Assembly (NCBI GenBank): GCA_951406725.2
Contig: OX597831.1
Location: forward strand, 52,142,001-52,206,000
Source of the DNA: Octopus vulgaris
Lineage: Eukaryota
Length of the DNA stretch: 64,000 bases
Direction of reading: 5' to 3'
Shown: positions 51,509 through 64,000 of the stretch, in pieces
Layout: every line of letters starts with the position of its first letter
How positions within the stretch are numbered: position 1 is the first letter of the stretch
Made by a program: the position numbers and the translations under genes
The notes under the pieces: model-generated
What the model was told of the DNA's origin: nothing
The model's database searches: none
Seen by the model: the letters and a program-made list of their open reading frames with translations, nothing else

Positions 51509-51548
<40 letters not shown>

Positions 51549-51564
51549 CATTCTTCTTCTTCTT

Positions 51565-51595
<31 letters not shown>

Positions 51596-51597
51596 TT

Positions 51598-51629
<32 letters not shown>

Positions 51630-51899
51630 CTTATTGTTGTTATTTTTGTTACTGCCATTGCTGTTTGTACTGAGGTGACATCTATAACAGAGTTCCAGAG
51701 AAAATTGGATTTGTCGTAGTTTACTTAATGGAAATAAGGCTCTTTTTTTTATTATTTCATTTTGTTAACAAGAGACTTTGGAACAATTGGACGTCTATCT
51801 TCATTACTTGGAGTGGAGGATATGTCTGTTATTGCACATTTTGATACTGCTTAAACTCTTTTTCTTTTCTTTTGATTTTGCAAAATTTATACATTGCAA

Positions 51900-53300
51900 A
51901 ATGGCTGACTCAGTAGTGACAGTTAGAAGTGCTTCCAGGAGCAATGGTTGTTCTAACATAAACAAGCATGCCAAACTGTTATTCAGACTCATAAAAGTAT
52001 GGCACATATACCTACACAATAGAGGACATAAAAAAAAAAGATTGGAGAGTAAAAATAATTTAAATAAAAAAGCTCAAAATATTTTCTAACTTTGTGGAAA
52101 AGAGGTGCAACTTGATTTGAGCTAGCTCAAAGAAAAGGAAACTTGAGTGACAAAAACCAGTACCTCCTTTCCTAAGGAATTCATCTGGGCTAGAGGCAGA
52201 AGGTGCAATGGAAGAGTTAGAAGCTCTGACCAATGTGTGACATGATATGTGCTCCATTTACTAGAGGAGCGTATATGGAACTGGATGCTTGGTCTTTTTA
52301 GATGAAGAGCAAGGTGAAAATTAGGCAGTGCTGGTGTACCACACCCACTCACAGGCTGCACTATATGAGGAGATGAAACAGTAGTTATGGTCAGAGATAC
52401 TGGTATCGATATTGAGACATGATTTTTTGTTACTTTAGTGTGGCAGTAAGGACAGGTGACAAGCAGAGAGGTGCATACAGCATCTGGTTAGGTATGACCT
52501 GCAAGTTCTGAAAATTTCAAAAATCACAAGGATATTTGATATTGACACATGGTTCTTTGTCACTTTTGTGCGGCAGTAAGGACAGGTGACAAGTAGAGAA
52601 GTGGCATGCAACATCTGGTTAGGTGTGACCTGCAAGTTCTAATAACTCTGAAAATCACAATGATATTCCAGAGGTGTACCTTTTGCGGGAGCAGAGGAGG
52701 TGGTCAATCTGATGCTTATATGCTATTCATGTGGGAGTAAGATCCACTTCAGTAATTTTTTTCCCAGAAAAGGAAGGAAAAAGAGAAGGGGAAAGAGAGT
52801 GGTGGGGAATAACAAGAGGACCCAGAGACTGTTTCCAAAGAATCAACTGTTATAACTAACTCGATAGTCAGAGTAAAATCATTTTGTCTTCAGCAACGAG
52901 TGCTAACGAAGCACTAAGATATGGTATTAACCTACAAGAAGTAGTAAGTGGTCTCAATTAGTGCACCAATAGAGAGAAATCAAACAGTATCATAAACTAT
53001 ATAATATTTGCTAATGTTGTTGGAAAAAGGAAGTGATTCAGTTTGAGTCAGTTCTGAGAAAAGGGAAAACAGTAGATGAAATATGTTACAAAAGATAGTG
53101 CTTCCTTGCCCAACTTCATCAAGGATAAACAAGGAGGAAATAGACCTAAATTTCAGTTGCTACACATGTGGAAAACGGAAATGCAACATATTTGATAGTA
53201 AAAGCTGGAAGGAAAGCAGAAGAGTTTTGTGGGCAGCAGACAACAGCAAAGGTAGCACCAATAGCAGGCCCCAGAGATTGTTTCACAATCTTTGTCTCAG
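51900..53300 (+). pseudogene. Decayed gag/ORF1-like sequence with zinc-knuckle remnants (possibly Tx1-like LINE ORF1)
   Basis: CYSCGSKIH (~52720) and CYTCGK (~53158), multiple stops and frameshifts, internal duplications. Confidence 0.4.
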
Positions 53301-53692
53301 ATCTTTCTGGTTCTCGACATCTTATGGTGGGGTTAAAGCAAAGAGCGATCACAGGAAGGTTTTGTTAGGGTGAAACCATCACCATCAACACCACAATCAC
53401 AACAACAACAACAACAACAACAAAAATAACAGAAAAATCTACAACTACGCCAACAGGAACAAATGAACAAATGCAATTACAGCAAAAAAATCTGAAACCC
53501 ACCCCCCACAAAAAAAAAACAAGACCAGCATCCAAACACACAAGAACCACTTCTCATCATAGAAACAATTCATGAGACACTTTGCATGTCACACAAGAAA
53601 TACAAAATAAAGATGACAGGCTTTGAGAAACCCATCATTAAAACATCACCCAGTAGACTTCTAAATGAGGCTCAGAATAAAAATTTCCAGTA

Positions 53693-53865
53693 GGAGTGGC
53701 TGTGTGGTAAGTAGCTTGCTTACCAAGCACATGATTCCGGGTTCAGTCCCATTCCATGGCACCTTGCGCAAGTGTCTTCTACTATAGCTTCGGGCCAACC
53801 AAAGCCTTGTGGATGGATTTGGTAGACGGAAACTGAAAGAAGCCCATTATATATGTGTGTGTGTG

Positions 53866-53913
<48 letters not shown>

Positions 53914-54123
53914 TGTTTGTGTGTCTGTGTTTGTCCCCCCAACATCACTTGACAACCGATGCTGGTGTATTTACTTCCCTGTAACTTAGCGGTTCAGCAA
54001 ATGAGACCGATAGAATAAGTACTAGGCTTACAAAGAATAAGTCCTGGGGTCTATTTGCTCAACTAAAGGTGGTATTCTAGCATGGCCGCAGTCAAATGAC
54101 TGAAACAAGTAAAAGAGTAAAAG
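53693..54123 (+). mobile_element. Full-length CORE-like tRNA SINE with internal (TG/TA)n
   Basis: GGAGTGGCTGTGTGGTAAG head, GGTTCAGTCCC B box, ACCTTG(G/C)GCAAGTGTCTT core-like box, tail GACTGAAACAAGTAAAAGAG. Other copies at 24020-24730, 47820-48030, 54250-54520, 56910-57100, 57422-57835 (-) and 58730-59100 (+). Confidence 0.9.
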
Positions 54124-57100
54124 TGTAAAGCGAGTTGATGGTATATATTTTAGTCAGGAGTTAGAGCAAATGCTGAAATTTTGAAGATTTTTGTACTATT
54201 TATAAATAACATGTTGAGGCCTCAAGAATGTGCAACCAAGTAATTTTTTTAAAGTCTGGTACTTATTCTATTGGAATATTTTGCTGAACTGCTAAGTGTC
54301 AGTGACATAAATACACCAACACTGGTTATCAAATGGTGATGGGGTACAAACACTGACACAAAGACACACATGCTTCTTTCAGTTCCTGTCTACCAAATCA
54401 CAAGGCTTTGGTCAGCCTGAGGCTAAGTGGAAAACATTAGCCCATGGTGCCATGCAGTGGGACTGAACCCGGAACTATGTGGTTAGGAAGCAAACTGCTT
54501 ACCACACAGTCATGCCTGGTTTCAGTTTATAAATTGTAATGTTTCTTTCTCCTTTTCTTCCCTCCTCCTCTCTCTCTCTCTCCTTTTTCTTTCTCTCTCT
54601 GTCTTTCTTGATCTATATATGTATATTTCTTCACATGCATGCATGTATGTGTATATTTGCCTTCAATGCCCCCCCCCCCCCCAAATGTTGCCAAAACAGG
54701 TTCAGTGACTAGTCAGCTGTGCCAAATCACCAGCATCCAAGTGGCCACTTCCAAGTACCTCATACCATGAAAGCGTTTATGTCAATTGGTTCCAATTAAC
54801 AAATTGTAATGTACAGCCATTGGTTCTTTCACCCAGCAATAAATAACACAGCTACACTCGTTAGTTGCAGAGTTCTGCCTTCAAGCCTTTCTATGCAAAC
54901 ATGAATTCATTCCAGCCTATCATCTTGTAGTGATATTGAGCACTGTCAATAACTATGGAAACATTCATTTTGTGTTTTCAATGACAAAGTCAGTTCATCA
55001 TCATCATCATCGTTTAACATCCGCTTTCCATGCTAGCATGAGTTGAACGATTTTCACTGAGGGCTGGCGAACCAGATGGCTGCACCAGGCTCCAATCTTG
55101 ATTTGGCAGAGTTTCTATAGCTGGATGCCCTTCCTAACGCTTGGCAAACCAGATGGCTGCACCAGGCTCCAATCTTGATTTGGCAGAGTTTCTATAGCTG
55201 GATACCCTTCCTAATGCCAACCACTCCGAGAGTGTAGTGGGTGCTTTTTACATGCCACCGGCATGAGGGCCAGTCAGGCAGTACTGGCAACGACCTCAGT
55301 TCCTCAGTATTATATTGCTCTGCTGGTAATGGCTCACAGTATCATCCCCACTTTTCCAAATGTACCCCCTCAAACTTGCTAATTATTTTCAATTTCTTGC
55401 TTCTCCATTCTGGTTTAACTTGTTTTGTTTCAATGTATTCACTGGTTCATTCTGTTGGTATGGGAACTAAGGTGGCAAGCTGGCGGAATTGTTAGCATGC
55501 TGGGCAAAATGCTTAGTGGTATTTTATCCATTTTTATGTTCCGAGTTCAAATTCTGCTGAGGTTGACTTTGCCTTTCATCCTTTTGGGGTCGATAAATTA
55601 AGTACCAGCTGAACACTGGGGTCAATGTAATCAACTTGTAACCTCTCCCAAAATTATAGGCCTTGTGCCATAATCTGAAATCAATATGTTGCTATGGGAA
55701 TATAGGGTAAACTCAACTTCTGGAGTGTTGAAAATGGCTGCATTTGATTGGCTGAAATTCTGAAAAATTTTTAATTTTTAAAGCTTCATAACTTCTTCAT
55801 TTTTAATTTCGCCACAAAATGATTATGATATTCATTATTAGCATGGAAAGCTATTTCTGTGTAGAAATTTTCAAAAATATTGGATCTGGTGTGTGAAACC
55901 CCAAAAAATCTGTGTTTCTAATATAGGCACAAAGTGAGCAATTTGGGTTGGGGAGGGGGTTAGTTGGTTATAATCAACCAAACACTTGACTGGTACTTTA
56001 TCATGTTATCCCTAGAAAGATGAAAGGCAGAGTTAACCTTGGTGATATTTGAACTCAGAACATAAAAAACCTAAATAATTCTTTCTAATTTTGACACAAA
56101 GTCAACAATTTTCAAAGTAACCCCATATTTATCTGGTATTTATTGTATTGTATTGGTTTCAAATTTTGGCACAAGGCCAGCAATTTATGGGGAGTGGGGT
56201 TAGTTAATTACATCAACTCCAGGCTTCTTCATCATCATCATCCTGTGTTTTAAATCCGGGTTTTGTCCCTGTTAACAGGGGGTGGCTGGATCTACCTCAA
56301 TGCTATAACAACTGAGGCAGGCAGATGCAGACCACCCCAACCTTTGGGATGGCTGGTACCTATTCTCTGTTATCATGAGGCATTTTTGGAGCTGGATTTT
56401 CTGTGGGGAGCATGCCCTTGCTTAGACCCAACCTCAGTCTCTAGATATGAGTGGTCCTGAGACCAAAGCCTCTACCACAATTTTTAAGCAACATTGTGGA
56501 AAACTAGCTCAGGAAGGCAGGAACACTACTCCCTGAGAGCTCTTTCAGAACCCCCCTACCTGATGATTATTTTATTGACTCCTAAAGGCTGAAAGGCAAA
56601 ATCATACTCAGCAGCATTTGAACTCAGAACGTAAAGACAGATGAAATGCTGCTAAGCATTTTACCTGGCATGCTAACCATTTGGCCAGCTTGCCACCTTT
56701 ATTACTAATAAAATATATTGGTTTCAAATTTTGGCACAAGGCCAGCAAGGTCAGGAGAGGGGTTAAGTTGATTACATCAACACCAGTGCTCAACTGGTAC
56801 CTATTTTATTGAGCCCAAAATGATGGAAGGCAAAGTTGACTTCGGTGGAATTTGAACTCATAACATAATGATGGACGAAATGATGCTAAATATTTTGCCA
56901 AATATTCTTTTACACTTTTACTTGTTTCAGTCATTTGATTGCGGCCATGCTGGAGCACCGCCTTTAGTCGAGCAAATCAGCCCCAGGATTTATTCTTTGT
57001 AAGCCTGGTACTTATTCTGTTGGTCTCTTTTGCTGAACCGCTAGGTTACAGGGACGTAGACATACTGACATCGCTTGTCAAGCAATAGAGTGGGGACAGA

Positions 57101-59167
57101 TGCATACACTCAGCTGGAGAAATGAGTTGTGACATCACTGGTGCCAAGCTGTATCGGCCTTTGCCTTTCCCTTGGATAACATCAGTGGTGCGGAGAGGGG
57201 AGGCTGGTATGCATGGGCGACTGCTGGTCTTTCATAGACAGCCTTGCTTGACCTCAAAGGGGAGCTTTCTAGGTGCAATCCCACGGTCATATGACCGAAG
57301 CAGGGTCTTTATGTTGAGTTGAAATACTGCCAAGGTTGCCTTTCATCCTTTTGTGGGTGGTAAAATAAGCACCGGTTGAGCTTAATGAGTTGAATCATAA
57401 AGGCTCACTAGTGTGATCATATTCTTTTACTCTTTTACTTGTTTCAGTCATTTGACTGTGGCCATGCTGGAGCACTGCCTTTAGTCGAGCAAATCGACCC
57501 CAGGACTTATTCTTTGCAAGCCTAGTACTTATTCTATCGGTCTCTTTTGCCAAACCACTAAGTTACGGGAACGTAAATACACCAGCATCGGTTGTCAAGC
57601 GATGTTGGAGGGACAAACACAGACACACAAACATATATACACACATACATTTATATCTATATATATACATTTTTTTATGGGCTTCTTTCAGTTTCTGTTT
57701 ACCAAATCCACTCACAAGGCTTTGGTCGGCCCGAAGCTATCGTAGAAGACACTTGCCCAAGGTGCCAAGGTGCCATGCAATGGGACTGAACCTGGAACCA
57801 CGTGGTTCGTAAGCAAGCTACTTACCACATGGCCATATTGTTAATAATATATTTTAACCACTGTTGTTGTTGTTGTTGATGATGTTGTAACTGCTTTAGC
57901 AGAATTATTAGTGTGTCAAAGTAAATTGCTTTCAAGCATTATTCCTGTCTCTTTTATGCTTTGAGTTCAAATCCTACCAAGGTCAGCTTTGCCTTTCATT
58001 CTCTGAGGATTTAGAAAATAAAACACCAGAAAGCACTGGGGTTGATGGTGCTAACAAACCCTTTTACTCTCAAAATTGCTGGTCTTGTGCCTAAATTACA
58101 AACCATTAATATAGCTGTCGCTATTGTCGCTAATATAATTTACTGTTTTGGCTCTTTACAATCATCATCATCATCATATTCATCATCCCCACCACCACCA
58201 TCATTTAAATCATTCTCATCATCCTCATCATCATTTAACGTCTGTTTTTTTTTTTTCATGTTGGCTTGGATTGGATGGTTTGACTGGATTGAACAAACCT
58301 GAAAAGCTGTTTTGAGTCTCAATCTGAGTTCAAATTCCACTGAAGTTGACTCTGCCTTTCATACTTTTGGAGTTGATTCAATAAGTACCATTAAAGTACA
58401 GGGTTTGATGTACAGATGAAAATGACTTGTCCTTCCACTAAAATTGCAGGTGTGCAGACAAACAAAGGGATTAAGTCAATTGCATCAACCCCAGTGTGTA
58501 ACTGGTACTTAATTTATCGACCCCAAAAGGATGAAAGGCAAAGTCGACCTTGGCGGTATTTGAACTCAGAACGTAACGGCAGATGAAATACCGCTCCTGT
58601 TCAAGGCGGTGAGCTGGCAGAATTGTTAGCATAATGGGCAAAGTGCTTAGCATTATTTCATATGTCTTTATGTTCTGGTTTAAAATTCCGCCAGGGTCAA
58701 CTTTGCCATTCATCCTTTGGGGAGTACTGGGAGTGGCTGTGTGGTAAGTAGCTTGCTTACCAAGCACATAGTTCCGGGTTCAGTCCCACTACATGGCACC
58801 TTGGGCAAGTGTCTTCTACTATAGCCTTGGGCTGACCAAAGCCTTGTTAGTGGATTTGGGAGACGGAAACTGAAAGAAGCCCATTGTATATGTGTGTGCA
58901 TGTGTGCGTGTGTGTGTGTATGTGTGTGTGTTTGTGTGTCTGTGTTTGCCCCCCCCCCGCCATTGCTTGACAACCAATGTTGGTGTGTTTACATCCTCAT
59001 AACTTAGCAGTTCAGCAAAAAAAAAACCTATAGAATAAATACTAGGCTTACAAAGAATTGTTCAAGTGAAACAAAAGACTGAAACAAAGAAAAGAATAAA
59101 AGAAAAGAATAATCAACCGGTTCCCTCCCGCCAAATTTCAGGCCTTGGGCTGATAGTATAAAGGATA

Positions 59168-59330
<163 letters not shown>

Positions 59331-59829
59331 GTTATTATTATTATTATTATTATTGAGTGAGAGAGCAGTTCATGCCATCAAAGTGACACTGGGGTAAAAT
59401 ATACGAAGCCCAGTGTACCCATCATGACTACCTGTCTGATAAGGGTACACTAGGCACATGCATCACAACCATGTGTGCGTGACATGGTGATCTCATATCA
59501 AGATAAACAGCACATGACCTTGCAGGTGGGGCCCAGTTAGAATTTTCTTCAGGTTGAGTAGCACATCCCGCTCAAACGGTCCCTGAATAAGGGTTGTTTA
59601 AGGATGTTGAAAGAACCACCCATGTTTCCAGAGGTGAACTATTCAAACCCCAAAGAAACCCTCTCAACACATGGCTATGATGCTCCCCCCTACTTCTGCT
59701 TGTGATCAGAGATGCACATATCGTCAGCCACTAAGGGACATGCTCAACTGGTTAAGGTCAAACAATTGACAAGCAAATCTGTGGTATTGAGCAGAATATT
59801 TGCTGTAGCCCATCTTTTATACCAAGACG

Positions 59830-60060
59830 AAAACAACACAGCTCCCATGACTTTTGGAAACATTTCTTCACACTCAGAGTTGCTGAAGCATGGAATAAAC
59901 TGCCTGCGTCAGTTGTTGACTGCCATGACACTGCATCCTTTAAGGCCCTCATGCTTTCCGAAATCCGTCGAAACTACACCTGATTATATATACACTTTCG
60001 ATGAGTTGTAGTGCACCTGAGCACTGTACACAATGTTTATTATTATTATTATTATTATGA
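59830..60060 (+). mobile_element. CR1/L2-like LINE 3' end with (TAT)n tail
   Basis: KQHSSHDFWKHFFTLRVAEAWNKLPASVVDCHDTASFK matches the FFxxRVxxxWNxLP C-terminal motif; short 3' UTR follows. Confidence 0.75.
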
Positions 60061-60143
60061 TAACACTTCCAATCAGTTAAGATCAGAAGCCATGAGAGCC
60101 ACTGCCTGGTACTGCATCAGGGCATTTATTATTATTATTGTTA

Positions 60144-60211
<68 letters not shown>

Positions 60212-60221
60212 GTTGTTGTTG

Positions 60222-60309
<88 letters not shown>

Positions 60310-61375
60310 TATTAGGGTGGTGAGCTGGCAGAATTGTTAGTATGCTGGGCAAAATGCTTAGTGGCATTTCATGTCTTTATGTTCAAATCCCACTGTGGTC
60401 AACTTTGCCTTTCATCCTTTCGGGGCCAATGAAATAAGTACCAGTTGAATGCTGTAATCAACTAGCCCCCTCCTTCAAACTTTCAGGCCTTGTGCCTATA
60501 GTAGAAAAAATTATTTGTGCTGTTGTGTTGCAGTCCTTTCTACGTTCTGAGTTCAAATCCCACTGGGATTTTGTCTTTCAGTTTTGTCCTTCATCCTTTC
60601 GAAGGTTGGTGAAATAAGGTACCAGTCAAGTACAGGGATCAGTGTAATTAGTAGAACCCCCTCCCTCCTGATATTGCTGATCTTGTGCCAAAATCTGAAA
60701 GAGCTATTTGTACTGCTGTTAATACCTCCGCTGCTGTCGTTGTTAATACCGCTGCTGCTGCCGTTGTTAATACCGCTGCTGCTGTTGTTAATACCGCTGC
60801 TGCTAACGTAGCCATCGCTTGCTGCTTCCACTGGTAATACTTATACTGCTGTTAATAGAGCTGCTGCTGCTGCTGCTGTTGTGTGATTGCTTCCATTTCT
60901 GCTGCTGCTGCTGCTGCTGCTGTTATCTCTTCTGCATCCTGTGTGTGTGGCGTTGGGTGACAGAGTGTTACATGTGTTGTTATTTCTTGCTACTGTCTCT
61001 ACTGTTTCTGCTGTTGTTGCTGCTGATGCTGCTGCTGCTGCCGTTGCTGCTGCCGTTGCTGCTGCCGTTGCTGCTGCTACTGAGATTTATCGACCAGCAC
61101 AGATGACAGTCAGGTATCATCAGTATCAGCCTCAACAGACACAATTGGTAAAAATCAATTCCACTAACAGAAATACAGCATTTAGCTGTACTAATTAGTC
61201 GAACAACAACAACAACAACAACTACAAACTGTAGCAGTCAATACAACTGTAACAGCAATAACAACAACAACATCAACCAACAACATTAGCAAGAACATGA
61301 GCAACAACACCAAGAATTTCTCTATCACAAACCACCCATGTTTCAATCTAGGGCAATGCTTTGGATTATTGTTAA

Positions 61376-61427
<52 letters not shown>

Positions 61428-62042
61428 GTATTATTGTATTATTACTAATTTGATAAAGAAAGTGTTATTGTTGTTGTTGTTGTTGTTTCTCACAGAATTT
61501 TCCATACCATTTCTATCTGTGCCGATGCCAAATACGTAAGGGGATGGAGACGGTGCGGTGGTGGTGGTGGGGAGTAAGGAAAGATTCAGCAATAATAATC
61601 ATATGTTCCTATAGACTTTCTGTCTTTTTTCATTCTTTCTTTCTTTCTTTCTTTCTTTCCATTCCTCCTCTTCCCCTCCTCCTCCTTTGTTTACATCAGT
61701 ACCATGAGGACCACCACCACCACCACTACCACCACCATTACCACCACCACTGCCACCGCCATCACCACCACCACTATCACTGCCATCATTGCCACCACCA
61801 TCATCTTCATTATAGTCATCATCATAGTTGCCCTTTTTGTCATTGTCATCATCATTGTCACCACCACAACCACCATCACCACAATTATCAACATCATCAT
61901 CATCATCACCATCACCATCACCATCTTCTTCATCACCATCATCATCTTTGTTGTCATCTCTTCCAAGTCTCTCTCTTCTTATATCAGAACTGTTCCATGT
62001 GTCTGAGTGTGTTTGTATATAAAAATCTGATGTACACAGAAG

Positions 62043-62124
<82 letters not shown>

Positions 62125-62528
62125 ACAAACACACATACACACACACGCATACATACACGCATACACAGACACATAAACACTCACCCTATAGCTATATAAG
62201 CATCACACATGTCAACTTGTCAAGTCTGACTAAATCCAACTACTGATTTATACTAGTTTCCTCTAAATAAAAGAAATGAAGGCAACCATATATATATATA
62301 TATATATATATATCATCATCATCATCATCATATATATATACCATTAAAATTCAATGTCTGCTTTTCTGTTTGTGTGTACCATGATTTTAGTGACAAGAGT
62401 ACATTGTGGTGATAAAATGTTTTGACAAATGTACTCTTAAACACAAGCTCTATTACCTAAAATAATTTCCAGTACATTTCTAGGTTCTACAACCCTCAAA
62501 ACAGAAGAATGTTGTTCTTTAACATAGT

Positions 62529-62572
<44 letters not shown>

Positions 62573-63050
62573 CATACATACATACATACATACATACATA
62601 CATACATAATACATACGTACATACACACACACACACATACACATATATTTATGTATGTATGATCATCATTATTATCATTGCTTAACATCTGTTTCCATGC
62701 TGGTATGGACTGGATGGTTTGACAGGAGCCATCACACTAGAGGACTGCACAAAGCTCCAATGTTTGCTTTGGCATGGTTTCTATGGTTGGATGCCCTTCC
62801 TAATGCTAACCACTTCACAGAGGGTACTGAGTGCTTTTTATATAGCCTCATTACAAGTGAGGTCACCAAATATTTTGCAAGACAAGACCTCCTTGAATGA
62901 GGAAGTGCAGTCTTGAGAGAGATGGCTTTATGCTCGGTAAAGAGGGGTTAGAGTATGTTAGCGGAATGGATACAGGTATCGTGCAGTGGAGGAGTTTCAA
63001 GGCTGCTTTTGTTGGAAAACGAGAGAAGATATTGTAGGAAAGTCAGGGCA

Positions 63051-63790
63051 TACCTTCAAGTTACAAAATCAAACATTGCAAAGCGTTTAGAGTGGAGTAA
63101 TAACCTACAGAATTGGTCCCTAGAGCAGTGGAAAAATGTTATTTTCTCAGACGAGTCATCCTTTACCTTATTTCTGACCACTGGCCAAGTATACGTGTGA
63201 AGACAGCCAAAAGAAGCATTTGACCCAGACTACCTTCTTCCAACTGTTAAACATGGCGGAGGATCTGTGATGATCTGGAGAGCTATATCTAAGAAATCTG
63301 CTGGCCCAATGGTTTTCCTTCATGACTGAATTAATAGGCAAGACTATTTAAGCATTTTATCTGATCAAATTCATCCTATGGTTACAGAATTGTTTCCGGA
63401 GGGAAACGCAATCTTTCAGGATGATAATGCACCAATTCACACAGCTAAAGTTGTTATTGAATGGCATGAGGAACATTCTAGTGAAGTTGAACATCTTATC
63501 TGGCCACCACAGTCCCCAGATCTCAATATTATTGAACATTTATGGTGCATTTTAGAAAAACAAGTGATGAGTCGATATCCACCACCATCATCACTACAAG
63601 AACTTGAGACTGTTTTAGCTGAAAAATGGAGATAAATTCCTTTGGAAACAATACAAACTTTGTATGAGTCCATATCTCATAGAATTCAAGCTGTAATTAC
63701 TGCTGCCAAAGGCATTACTATCCCATATTAAAATAAATTTGTTTGAAATTTGAAGGTGTTTCCATTATTTTGTCATCCAACTTCTGTGTA
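63051..63790 (+). pseudogene. 5'-truncated Tc1-like transposase pseudogene with DD36E triad and 3' TIR
   Basis: One frame: KRLEW...WKNVIFSDES...TVKHGGGSVMIW...FQDDNAPIH...WPPQSPDLNIIEHLW...IPY-stop (63731). In-frame stops at 63198, 63327, 63633; AATAAA at 63732; TIR-like TTTCCATTATTTTGTC...CTGTG + TA. Confidence 0.9.
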
Positions 63791-64000
63791 TATATATATA
63801 TATAGTATGTATAATATATGTAGTGTATATGTTATGTCTTGAGGAAGAAACTTGGTGGGGAAGGGGCCAGTTTTGCATATACATATATATTGTGCTTTCA
63901 TGATCTCAGTTTTGCTGATATCAGTAGGTTTTCTTGAGAGCTGCTGGTTGCTAGTCATCTCAGTTCTTTATCATCTACTCCATGAGGTTCAAGATCCTGA

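Noticed and set aside
61544-62180. His-rich and Gly/Asp-rich ~200-aa ORFs
   Set aside because: (CAC/CAT)n and (CA)n microsatellite translations on both strands.

Overview
AT-rich, microsatellite- and repeat-saturated animal genomic DNA. The SINE and repeat repertoire looks like that of a coleoid cephalopod, probably Octopus (recognised from memory, not by database search). Only two host coding segments are supportable: the terminal exon of VWA8 (+, 1081-1189) and a ~0.9 kb orphan coding exon (+, 41452-42380). Nearly all other ORFs in the track are microsatellite artefacts or decayed transposon fragments: tRNA-derived SINEs, RTE/Tx1/CR1-like LINE pieces, non-autonomous Helitrons, hAT and piggyBac-type MITEs, a mariner remnant, a DD36E Tc1-like pseudogene and a Penelope-like GIY-YIG fragment. 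The most striking signal is a set of short Penelope-type stubs and foldbacks sitting in (TA)n tracts. They carry minimal type-I hammerhead ribozyme motifs (CUGANGA...GAAA, palindromic helix III): about six near-intact and several decayed, from several unrelated families. One 1.4 kb foldback has two antiparallel hammerheads and a 27-bp array expanded in only one arm. By eye, a CpG-retaining domain (~11.5-23.7 kb) lies between CpG-depleted domains, hinting at an unannotated gene body over the right part. Coordinates of decayed repeats are approximate.
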